Source: Thermoanaerobaculia bacterium (GTDB taxonomy: Bacteria > Acidobacteriota > Thermoanaerobaculia > Multivoradales > UBA5704). From it: DNA of 64,000 nt. The stretch is taken from NCBI GenBank assembly GCA_036264355.1, contig DATARD010000080.1:14552-78551 (forward strand), written 5' to 3'. How positions within the stretch are numbered: position 1 is the stretch's first letter; every line of letters begins with the position of its first letter. The notes under the pieces are model-generated. The model was not told the origin of the DNA and made no database searches. It saw nothing but the letters and a program-made list of their open reading frames with translations. Below are positions 1 to 7,906 of the stretch, piece by piece. The position numbers and the translations under genes are program-made.

Positions 1-35
1 TGTTGGTGGGGGATCCGCTGCCGCGGATCTGTTAA
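1..35 (+). CDS. hypE: HypE hydrogenase maturation protein, extreme 3' end (partial, runs off window)
   Basis: Codons ending at nt 32 read LVGDPLPRIC followed by TAA (33-35). PRIC is the conserved HypE C-terminal cysteine motif, and hypF lies downstream on the same strand. Only 10 codons are visible. Confidence 0.6.
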   Translation, partial: LVGDPLPRIC

Positions 36-96
36 AACCGCGTCGAATCCTGTGGCCCGAACAGCTTGAGGTCCTGCATTGCTTAGGGCAAGCTCC

Positions 97-1809
97 CTAA
101 TCTCTATTCCGTGACCAAGGAGCAAAACTACCAGCGAATGTCTCGGATTCTGGAATGTGGCGCCCATCGAATGAATCGGCGCCGGAGTTGTAGTACTCAC
201 GGCGAAGGCTTCGCTCCCAGTGTGTCTGAAGCAGCGAGGGTAGTGGCTCATTCGTTCTGTTTGCAATCTCAACGCCTCGCTCGAACACATCGAGGGCAAT
301 TACGCAGTAGGGGAAGGGGTAATTGTAGAGAGGATCGCCAGGATTGGTGCCCATTTCCCTCGCCAATTCACCCATTGAGTATACACCCTCACTGAGGATG
401 GTTACAAAGATAGGGGGCGAGCCACGGGTGGAATCGATTGCCTCCTGGTAGGCTCGGTACTCGGGCAGCCCTGCGTAGAGATCGGCAAGCTTTCGAGGCA
501 GCTTTCGAAGTGCTTCGTGGGAGTCGGCAAGATTCTCGCGAAGGCCCTCCTCTGTCATATTGAGGCGAGTAGTTAGAAGAATTCTCCTGCCCTTCACCTC
601 AATCAAAACTATACGTCCTAGCTCTCGGTCTATAAGCGTAAGATCCGGTCCACGCCGCTCTTCTTTGTTATAAGTAGTCTCCGGGATCACAATAAGGCGC
701 GGCAGGCGATCCTCTACGAGGCAACGGACATAAAGTTCTAGCAGAGCGCCGCGCAACTGACTATAAGGGCTGCCGAACTCGGTCAGCAAAGCATAGTCAA
801 TCGCTGCCGAGAAAGACTTCAAGAAATGGGCGACATTCGGCACTATGAATTCGTGTGCTCCGTCCTCTTTGCTCAACCGAACTATAGGATGTCGTTCTAG
901 GGGGCTAAGCCGATTGCTTATCCAGCCGAGTCGGAACTCAGGACGCTCAGAGGTGTTCTGTCGAAGCTCTGTCGTAGTGGCAGAGAAGAGTCCAAGAAAT
1001 ATCCGAAACTGCTGGTCAAACCCTTGCCAGGATGGCTGCTTTATTAGGGTACGTGTCAGCCTCTCCGGCGTGAATGCAAGGGATGGCCCGAGCAAATGAT
1101 CGTTTTGAAAAAGTGCGTTCATGATTTTCAGTTTATGATCCTGGGGATCACCGAACGCGAGCCGACTGCCGACGCACGACCTAAGCGCATTAGCCGAATG
1201 GATGTAAGCGAGAGACTGCCAGTTCATTACGGCAAAAAAGCACAATGATAGCTGAGTGATGGACGTACCTAAAAATAATTCAATCTTGGACAAGACGCGC
1301 GCGTGCTCTCCGGACAACTTATTGGAGTGTTGATGCGGGAGCGTTTCGAGGAGGGCCACTAAGCGCCCCGCCTTGTCCTTTGGTCGCGGATCTTGTCCCG
1401 GAAACTGTGTATTCGCGGTCATTGAGAGGAAAAGCTGCAACGCGAGATGGGCGCCTTCGGTTTCATTAGAGCGCATCATGCGCTTGACTGCCTGGGGATT
1501 GTCTATCATGTCCTTGCAGTCGTTAATGATACATCTCAGTATTTCCGGTGAAGGTATCGGTTCGTATTTTGGGGCAGCGTTGCTGGCAAGAATGACTTGT
1601 CCGAGGTGGCGAATGTCTTCGGGGCTGAGAAGCGGAAGAAGGAAGAGAGGATCTTCGGCCGGGGTGTACATGTCGTGAAGCGATAGACGTGCGCTGAGCT
1701 TCCAAAGAAAGTGGAGATTCGTCCGGTTCACAAGACTGCTCGCATGAGCCAGCGCAGATTCAGGAGTATGGGATCGGCGTGAACGAGTTTTGGTCCGAGG
1801 ACGCGACAT
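97..1809 (-). CDS. PD-(D/E)xK (restriction-endonuclease fold) nuclease-like protein, 570 aa, function unknown
   Basis: Intact 570-aa ORF with ATG at 1809, lying in a visibly lower-GC stretch (about 36-1820, roughly 50% by eye). Residues ~355-410 give the nuclease core: helix LLELYVRCLVED, strand RRGPDLTLID (D389), strand RIVLIEVKGRR (E404-x-K406). The N-terminal 350 aa are unrecognised. A TAGAAT -10-like box (complement of 1816-1821) sits 6 nt upstream of the ATG with no SD, so the mRNA may be leaderless. Confidence 0.75.
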   Translation of the reverse strand: MSRPRTKTRSRRSHTPESALAHASSLVNRTNLHFLWKLSARLSLHDMYTPAEDPLFLLPLLSPEDIRHLGQVILASNAAPKYEPIPSPEILRCIINDCKDMIDNPQAVKRMMRSNETEGAHLALQLFLSMTANTQFPGQDPRPKDKAGRLVALLETLPHQHSNKLSGEHARVLSKIELFLGTSITQLSLCFFAVMNWQSLAYIHSANALRSCVGSRLAFGDPQDHKLKIMNALFQNDHLLGPSLAFTPERLTRTLIKQPSWQGFDQQFRIFLGLFSATTTELRQNTSERPEFRLGWISNRLSPLERHPIVRLSKEDGAHEFIVPNVAHFLKSFSAAIDYALLTEFGSPYSQLRGALLELYVRCLVEDRLPRLIVIPETTYNKEERRGPDLTLIDRELGRIVLIEVKGRRILLTTRLNMTEEGLRENLADSHEALRKLPRKLADLYAGLPEYRAYQEAIDSTRGSPPIFVTILSEGVYSMGELAREMGTNPGDPLYNYPFPYCVIALDVFERGVEIANRTNEPLPSLLQTHWERSLRREYYNSGADSFDGRHIPESETFAGSFAPWSRNRD

Positions 1810-1822
1810 GTCGCTATTCTAA

Positions 1823-2059
1823 GGCGGGCGGCTGGGATCCTGCGACTTGATGCAACCTGGAGACTCCGCCCGCGGCGGGCGCCCGACCTGGCCGACCGCG
1901 GCCCTGGCGGCGCTGCACGCCGTGCCGGGAGGCGAAGAGGCGGTGCTCATCGGAGAAGTCCGCGCCGAGCCGGCGCGCACCGTCGTCGGCGTCGCCTCCT
2001 ACGGCGACACGAGGGTGATGGACATGCTGGTGGGGGTTCCGCTGCCGCGGATCTGCTAG
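1823..2059 (+). pseudogene. Orphan 3' fragment of hypE (last ~70 codons, no 5' part)
   Basis: The frame opens after the stop at 1820-1822 and reads ...ALAALHAVPGGEEAVLIGEVRAEPARTVVGVASYGDTRVMDMLVGVPLPRIC*. This is the typical HypE C-terminal region, ending in PRIC. GC is host-like. Its last 28 nt (2028-2055) match nt 4-31 with one mismatch. Confidence 0.6.
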
Positions 2060-2580
2060 TGTAGTGAGTCTGATATTCGGTAACGTTATGCCGTAGCGAG
2101 GCAGAACCGCCGCTCCGGCTCCCGGCCAGCCTACCTGGCGCGTCATCCACCAAGTCTGGTCCGCTGTCGACCAAGCTTGGCCTCCGCCGGACCAAACTTG
2201 GTCGACGAGGAACCAGGCCCGGTGGACGACAGACCAAGCCTGGTGGAGCGCGGACCAGGGCTGGTGAATGTCCGACCAGATCCGGTGGACGGCAGGCCAA
2301 GCCTGGCGGGTGGCGGACCAGGCCTGGTGGCTTTCAGGCCAAGCTTGGTGGAGCGCGAACCGGGACTGGCGAACGAACGACCAGAACTGGTGGGCGACAA
2401 GCCAGGCTTGGCGGGTGGCGGACCAGGACTGGTGACGCGAACCAGGACTGGTTGACGGCAGACCAAGCCTGGTGAGCGACGGGTCGTGTCCTTACTCCCG
2501 CGAGCCATCCTGAGGGCGAAGCTCGCGAGCCGCCGCGGCAAAGAATCAAACGTTACCGAACATCAGACTCACTACACTAG
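2056..2580. mobile_element. MITE-like non-autonomous element: 32-bp terminal inverted repeats enclosing a 21-bp tandem array
   Basis: Left end CTAGTGTAGTGAGTCTGATATTCGGTAACGTT (2056-2087). Right end AACGTTACCGAACATCAGACTCACTACACTAG (2549-2580). These are reverse complements with 1 mismatch in 32. No transposase lies inside. The element starts exactly at the stop codon of the hypE fragment. Confidence 0.55.
2150..2483. repeat. Tandem repeat, 16 units of 21 bp, each with a palindromic core CCA(A/G)G(C)(C/T)TGG
   Basis: Unit starts were counted at 2150, 2171, 2192, 2213, 2234, 2255, 2276, 2297, 2318, 2339, 2360, 2381, 2402, 2423, 2442 and 2463. Example units are ccaagcctggtggagcgcgga and ccaggcctggtggctttcagg. 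Confidence 0.9.
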
Positions 2581-2670
2581 CTCTCGTCATCCAAGTGCCG
2601 CGTGAAATCTTTCAGCGGGCGATGCGTACTATGGGCAGGTGCTCCTCTCGCTCCCGTCAGGAGGCAATGA

Positions 2671-3345
2671 ATGATGGTCCGCGCGATCGACGAATCGCAA
2701 CGCAAGGCTGCAAGAGTCGTGGGCTGGGCGTACCTTCTCGCCATCCTGCCCGCGGTGTTCGCCGAGGCCGTCGCATCCGCATCGAATCTCATGGCGCACG
2801 AGCGGCTTTTTCGGCTGGGCACCGCCGCCAACCTGGCCACCTTCGCCCTCGACGTGGTGCTGATCACCTCTCTGTATGTGGTCCTGAAGCCGGTCAACCG
2901 GAACCTTGCCCTGCTCGCGACGTGCTGGGGGCTGATCGAGACGGCAATCCTCATGGTCGCGACGGTGAGTGACCTGGAGGCCCTCCGAATGTTGAGTGGC
3001 GCCGACTACCTGCATGTCTTTGAAGCCGATCGGCTGCAAGCCTTGGCAAGGCTCTCGATCAGCGCGCACGGCGCCGCCTATCACGTGGGTCTGGTGCTCG
3101 CCGGGCTGCGCAGCACGGTGTTTGCCTATCTGTGGCTCAAGTCCAACTTCATCCCGAAGCCATTGGCCGCTTGGGGAGTGTTTTCGTCCCTCCTGCTGGC
3201 GGCGTGCACGTACGCCTCCATTGTCTTCCCCGAGTTGGCGAAGGTCGTCACCGTCGCCTACTACGGGGGGCCGATCTTCATTTTCGAGCTGACGATGGGT
3301 TTTTGGCTTCTGTTCAAGGAGCTGCGTCCGGCCCCGGACGCCTGA
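2671..3345 (+). CDS. DUF4386-family membrane protein
   Basis: 224 aa, multi-TM. Paralogous to the next gene, with shared blocks LYVVLKPVNRNLALLA, SGADYL and LWLKSNFIPKPLAAWGV. Confidence 0.8.
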   Translation: MMVRAIDESQRKAARVVGWAYLLAILPAVFAEAVASASNLMAHERLFRLGTAANLATFALDVVLITSLYVVLKPVNRNLALLATCWGLIETAILMVATVSDLEALRMLSGADYLHVFEADRLQALARLSISAHGAAYHVGLVLAGLRSTVFAYLWLKSNFIPKPLAAWGVFSSLLLAACTYASIVFPELAKVVTVAYYGGPIFIFELTMGFWLLFKELRPAPDA

Positions 3346-3399
3346 TCGGCACTGATTGCCGCTCACCATTCTGATGCCCTACTCGAAAGGGAGGCCACC

Positions 3400-4131
3400 A
3401 TGGCAGATCGTCCGGTTGAAACGTCGCCGCAGGTGTATGCACGAGTCGGCGGTATTCTCTATCTGATCATCATCGCCGCCGGACTTTTCGGGGAGGCCTT
3501 CGTCAGGAACAAGCTGATCGTCTCCGGCGACGCGGCGGCCACGGCGCACAACATCATGGCCTCCCAGCCGCTGTGGCGCCTGGGCCTTGCCGGCGATCTG
3601 ATCATGCACATGTGCGATGTCCCCCTGACGATGATCTTCTTTGTGCTGCTGCGACCGGTCCAGAAAAACCTGGCCTTGCTGGCGGCGTTCTTCACCTTGG
3701 TGCAGACCGCTATTTTGTGCGTCAACAAGCTGAGCCTGCTGATCCCTCTGTTCCTCCTGGGAGGCGCGGACTATCTGAAGGCTTTCGATCCCCAGCAGCT
3801 CCAGGTTCTCGCTTATCTCTCGGTCAAGATGCACGGATACGGCTTTGGCGTCGGCCTCATCTTCTTTGGCTGCGCGTGCCTCGTCCTCGGGCACCTGATC
3901 TTCAGGTCGGGCTATCTGCCGAAAGCTCTGGGGATTCTGATGCAGATCGCCGGCGTGTGCTATCTGATCAATAGCTTTGCGCTGCTGGTCGCTCCCGCGC
4001 TCACGGACATCTTGTTCCCCGCGATCATGGCCCCTGCCTTCGTCGGGGAGCTGTCCCTTTGCCTGTGGCTCCTCGTAAAGGGGGTGAATGTCCCGAAGTG
4101 GGAGGCGAAGCAGGCGCTGATGCGACATTGA
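3400..4131 (+). CDS. DUF4386-family membrane protein
   Basis: 243 aa. YLIIIAAGLFGEAFVRNKLIVSGDAAATAHNIMAS...LLRPVQKNLALLAAFF...GADYLKAF...IFRSGYLPKALGIL matches my memory of the DUF4386 consensus closely. SD GGGAGG lies upstream. Confidence 0.85.
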   Translation: MADRPVETSPQVYARVGGILYLIIIAAGLFGEAFVRNKLIVSGDAAATAHNIMASQPLWRLGLAGDLIMHMCDVPLTMIFFVLLRPVQKNLALLAAFFTLVQTAILCVNKLSLLIPLFLLGGADYLKAFDPQQLQVLAYLSVKMHGYGFGVGLIFFGCACLVLGHLIFRSGYLPKALGILMQIAGVCYLINSFALLVAPALTDILFPAIMAPAFVGELSLCLWLLVKGVNVPKWEAKQALMRH

Positions 4132-4180
4132 CAGGCTTTGAGTTGGGCGAATACAGTCGGGCTGTCGAGGGTTTGCTCCG

Positions 4181-5401
4181 ATGCCGTTGCCCGACGATCC
4201 ACACGATCCAGACACCACCCGCCTCGTCCATCTCGTCGAGGAGCTTCTCCTCGAACGCAACCGCGTCTCGGCGGACTTCTTCCCGCGGGAGAGCAGGCGG
4301 CTGGCGACGGCGTGCCAGGCGATGGCCGAGCGCTTCCTGCGCGGCGGCCGATTGCTGGCTTTTGGGCGTGGGCAGTCTGCCACGGATGCGCAGCATGTGT
4401 CCGTCGAGCTCGTCCATCCGGTGATCGTCGGCAAGCGCGCCCTGCCGGCTCTCGACCTTTCGCTGTCTCCCGGGGGGTGGATCGACACGCTCGTCCGGCC
4501 GGACGACATGGTGATGGGCTTCGGGCCACCGCAGGGTGATGCGGAAGCGGAGGAGATCCTGCGGAGTGCGCAGCGGAAGGGTGCAATGACCTTCTCGCTC
4601 CCAGGGCACGAGGGCGACTACGCCGTCGCCGCGCCGTCCGCTGATCCGTACATCCATCAGGAGCTGATCGAGATCCTCTACCACACGCTGTGGGAGACCG
4701 TGCACGTCTTCTTCGAGCATCGCGAGCGTGGCCATGAGGTGGGCGCCTCCGCGTTCCTCTATCCGTTCCTCGGACAGGAGAAGCAGGACACGCACTCGGT
4801 GATCGCCGAGGCGGCGGCGTCGATCGAGATGAAGGCGCGCGATGACGAGACGTTGCGCGAAACCATCGCGAGCGGACAGGCCGAGGGGATCGTTGCCACT
4901 GCCGTGGCGATCCGGGAGCGCGTACGGGCCGGTGGCACGATTCTCGTCTTCGGCAATGGCGGCTCGGCGACCGATGCCAACGACTTTGCGCTCGACTGCT
5001 CGGTGCCGCTCAAAGGCTATCCACCCGTGCCGGCGATCTCGCTCGCCTTGGAGCCGGCAAACCTGAGCGCTGTCGCCAACGATATTGGTCCCGAGGCCAT
5101 GTTCCTGCGTCAGCTCATCGCTCAGGCCCGGCCGGCCCCCGCTTCAGACATTGCCCTCGGCATCTCTACCAGCGGCGGCTCGGCCAACGTCATCGCCGCG
5201 CTGGGCGAGGCGCGCAAGCGTGGCCTTCTCACCGTGGCACTGCTCGGCTACGACGGCGGCGAGATTGTCCGCCGCGGCCTGGCCGATCACACGCTGGTGG
5301 TGTCCTGCGACTACATTCCGCGGATCCAGGAGGTGCAGGCGTCGATCTATCATGTTCTGCTGGATGTTCTGGGAGAGCTGCGGCATGGCGACAAAAACTG
5401 A
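4181..5401 (+). CDS. Tandem SIS-domain protein (two GmhA/DiaA-like sugar-isomerase folds; N-terminal copy degenerate)
   Basis: The N-terminal half has RLLAFGRGQSATDAQHVSVEL but lacks the S-T-S-G loop. The C-terminal half has ILVFGNGGSATDANDFALD, ALGISTSGGSANVIAAL and IPRIQEVQASIYHVLLDVL, which are GmhA-like signatures. Confidence 0.8.
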   Translation: MPLPDDPHDPDTTRLVHLVEELLLERNRVSADFFPRESRRLATACQAMAERFLRGGRLLAFGRGQSATDAQHVSVELVHPVIVGKRALPALDLSLSPGGWIDTLVRPDDMVMGFGPPQGDAEAEEILRSAQRKGAMTFSLPGHEGDYAVAAPSADPYIHQELIEILYHTLWETVHVFFEHRERGHEVGASAFLYPFLGQEKQDTHSVIAEAAASIEMKARDDETLRETIASGQAEGIVATAVAIRERVRAGGTILVFGNGGSATDANDFALDCSVPLKGYPPVPAISLALEPANLSAVANDIGPEAMFLRQLIAQARPAPASDIALGISTSGGSANVIAALGEARKRGLLTVALLGYDGGEIVRRGLADHTLVVSCDYIPRIQEVQASIYHVLLDVLGELRHGDKN

Positions 5402-5615
5402 GCTGTTCGGCACCCGGAGCTGCCCCTGGACCGGCGAGCTCCGCGAGCACCTCCTCTGGGAAGATATTGATTTTGCAGAGCACGACGTCGAAGCCGACCC
5501 CGCGGCGCTGGCGCGGATGTTGGAGCTGACCGGCGGCCAGCGTTCGGTGCCGGTGCTGGTGGAGGACGGCCGCGTCAAGCAGATCGGCTGGCAGGGGCGG
5601 AGCTGCCTCGTTTGA
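5385..5615 (+). CDS. Glutaredoxin-like small protein (monothiol CPWT site)
   Basis: 76 aa: MATKTELFGTRSCPWTGELREHL...QRSVPVLVEDGRVKQIGWQG, with the thioredoxin-fold pattern C-P-x-x ... VP ... G. It overlaps the SIS gene end by 17 nt, and its TGA overlaps the hypF ATG (TGATG). Confidence 0.65.
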   Translation: MATKTELFGTRSCPWTGELREHLLWEDIDFAEHDVEADPAALARMLELTGGQRSVPVLVEDGRVKQIGWQGRSCLV

Positions 5616-7906
5616 TGCCGGACGCCCGCTTCCTGCGCATCCGGGGCGTGGTTCAGGGGGTAGGGTTTCGGCCGTTCGTGTTTCGTCTGGCGCAGGCGCA
5701 TGGCATCGTGGGGTGGGTGCGCAATGGGGCGGAGGGGGTGGAGATTCATGCCGAGCGCAAGGACATAAAGGACGAAAGGGACCCAAAGGACATCAAGGAC
5801 GGGGCTCTCGAAGGTTTTGTGCGGGCTCTTCAGGCGGAGGCTCCTCCAGCGGCTCGCATTGTTTCTTTCGAGATGACCGCGGTGCCCGCGCTGGGCTGTG
5901 AGCGCTTCGAAATCCTGGAGAGCACGGGCGAGGAACGCCCCACGGTTCGCATCTCGGCGGATCTGCCAATTTGTGACGCGTGCCGGGCGGAGCTGTTCGA
6001 TCCGGGTGACCGCCGCTCCGGCTATCCGTACATCAACTGTACCGACTGCGGTCCGCGCTACACGATTGTCCTCGGTCTGCCGTACGACCGGCCGCGGACG
6101 ACGATGCAGTCCTGGCCGCTGTGCGCGGACTGCGCGCGCGAATATGCCGATCCGCTCGACCGCCGTTTCCATGCCCAGCCGGTGGCGTGCCCGGCGTGCG
6201 GACCTGAATACTTTCTGCAGATGGGCGAAGACCGGTGGGGGAGCGGTGAGGCGATTCCGCAGGCGGCGCGGATGCTGCGCGAAGGGCACATCGTGGCGGT
6301 CAAGGGGCTCGGCGGCTATCACCTGGCCGCGGATGCCCGCAACGGCGCCGCGGTGGCCGCGCTCCGCGAGCGCAAGGTCCGTAAGGAGAAACCGTTCGCG
6401 GTGATGGCCAAAGATCTTGGTGTGGCCCGCGGCCTGATCGATCTCACTCCCGAGGCCGAAGAGCTGCTCACGGGGATCGCGCGGCCGATCGTGCTGGCTC
6501 CCTGCCGGGCGGATCTGCCATCCGGGATCGCTCCCGACAATCCAGACCTCGGCGTCATGCTCCCCTACACGCCGCTGCACCACCTGCTCTTCGCCGCGGG
6601 CGCGCCGGACGTGCTGGTGATGACCAGCGCCAACCGCTCGAACGAGCCGCTCGCCTACCGCGACGACGAGGCGTTCGAGCGCCTCGCGGGCATCGCCGAT
6701 GCCTTCCTCGTGGGGGAACGGCCGATCGCCCGCCGGGTCGACGATTCGGTCGTCCGCGCCGGCTGCTTTGGTCCCGCCGTGCTCCGCCGCGCCCGCGGAT
6801 TGGCGCCCGGCGCCGTGGCCCGGCTGCCGCTCAACCGTCCCGTCCTGGCCGTCGGCGCCGACCTCAAGAACACCGTGACGCTCGTGGTCGGCGGTGAGGC
6901 TTTCGTCAGCCAGCACATCGGCGATCTCCAGCAGTATGAAGCCTTCCAGGCATTCCAGGAGACAGTGCGCGACCTGACTGTGATGTATGAGATCGATTGG
7001 GCGCAAACGCTGGTGATGCACGACCTGCATCCGCAATACGCCTCGACCACCTACGCGCTGGGCCTGCCGGCCGCCGAGACACGGGCGGTGCAACACCACC
7101 GTGCCCACATCGCGGGTGTCCTCGCCGAGCGCGGAGCGTTTGACGAGCGCGTCCTGGGAGTGGCCTGCGACGGCACCGGCTATGGCGACGATGGGTCGAT
7201 CTGGGGCGGTGAATTTTTCGCCGGCAACATCCGCGAGGGCTTCGAACGGGTCGCCCACCTGCGCGGAGCTTTGCTTCCCGGAGGAGATGCGGCGGCCCGG
7301 CACCCGGTGCAATCCGCCGCCGGCTTTCTGGCGCAGATCGACGGTCTGCCTGATCTCACCGCATCGCCGTTCGGGTTCCCCCCTCGCTATCTCCAGGCGC
7401 GCGAGCTGATCGCCAAGAACGTCCGCACCTTTCCGACCACTTCCATCGGCCGCCTCTTCGACACCGCCGCCGCGCTCCTCGGCTTCACCCGCGAAGTCAC
7501 CTTCGAAGGCCAGGCCGCCATCTGGCTGGAGCACCTCGCCCGCACCGCACCGGAGAGCGATCCCCTCACCTTCCGCTTCTCCGTCGACGACCGCGAGCTC
7601 GACTTCCGCCCGGCGCTCGCCGAGCTGATCGACGCCCGCCGTCGAGGCAACGACCGCGCAACGATCGCTCGCGCCTTCCACCGCGGCCTGGCCCGCGGTC
7701 TCGCGGAGGCGGTTCTCGCTTTGACAGAGATCTACGACTTGGAGACCGTGGTCCTCTCCGGAGGCGTCTTCCAGAACGAGCTGCTCCTGGGCAATCTCAC
7801 CCGAGAGCTTGCCAAGACCGCTCTGCGGCTGTGGACGAACCGCGAGGTGCCGCCCAACGACGAAGGGATCAGCCTGGGGCAGGCGGCGATGGCGGTGTCT
7901 CGTTGA
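5615..7906 (+). CDS. hypF: HypF carbamoyltransferase ([NiFe]-hydrogenase maturation)
   Basis: An acylphosphatase domain (RGVVQGVGFRPFVFRLA) is followed by two zinc-finger pairs (CDACRAELFDPGDRRSGYPYINCTDCGPRYTIV and CADCAREYADPLDRRFHAQPVACPACGP). YrdC-like and Kae1-like C-terminal parts follow. Confidence 0.95.
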   Translation: MPDARFLRIRGVVQGVGFRPFVFRLAQAHGIVGWVRNGAEGVEIHAERKDIKDERDPKDIKDGALEGFVRALQAEAPPAARIVSFEMTAVPALGCERFEILESTGEERPTVRISADLPICDACRAELFDPGDRRSGYPYINCTDCGPRYTIVLGLPYDRPRTTMQSWPLCADCAREYADPLDRRFHAQPVACPACGPEYFLQMGEDRWGSGEAIPQAARMLREGHIVAVKGLGGYHLAADARNGAAVAALRERKVRKEKPFAVMAKDLGVARGLIDLTPEAEELLTGIARPIVLAPCRADLPSGIAPDNPDLGVMLPYTPLHHLLFAAGAPDVLVMTSANRSNEPLAYRDDEAFERLAGIADAFLVGERPIARRVDDSVVRAGCFGPAVLRRARGLAPGAVARLPLNRPVLAVGADLKNTVTLVVGGEAFVSQHIGDLQQYEAFQAFQETVRDLTVMYEIDWAQTLVMHDLHPQYASTTYALGLPAAETRAVQHHRAHIAGVLAERGAFDERVLGVACDGTGYGDDGSIWGGEFFAGNIREGFERVAHLRGALLPGGDAAARHPVQSAAGFLAQIDGLPDLTASPFGFPPRYLQARELIAKNVRTFPTTSIGRLFDTAAALLGFTREVTFEGQAAIWLEHLARTAPESDPLTFRFSVDDRELDFRPALAELIDARRRGNDRATIARAFHRGLARGLAEAVLALTEIYDLETVVLSGGVFQNELLLGNLTRELAKTALRLWTNREVPPNDEGISLGQAAMAVSR

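Noticed and set aside
2143-2541. ORFs translating the 21-bp arrays as heptad-repeat proteins (2143-2541, 2177-2455, 17128-17820, 17132-17815, 32910-33455, 33023-33781, 33055-33672)
   Set aside because: Because the unit is 7 codons and GC-rich, essentially all six frames stay open across each array. None has a convincing start context or a non-repeat domain, so an open frame is not evidence of coding here. Translation of the units in frame with the NmrA-like gene remains possible and is raised as a finding.
5759-5800. AT-richer direct repeat (aaggacataaaggac...aaggacatcaaggac) encoding KDIKDERDPKDIKD inside the HypF acylphosphatase domain
   Set aside because: It is in frame and short. It is most simply a small low-complexity loop insertion from slippage, with no independent feature evident.
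5144-7681. 845-aa ORF antisense to hypF
   Set aside because: It lies opposite a gene with unmistakable HypF motifs. Its translation is Arg/Gly/Ala-rich with no motifs. Long open antisense frames are expected at ~70% GC.
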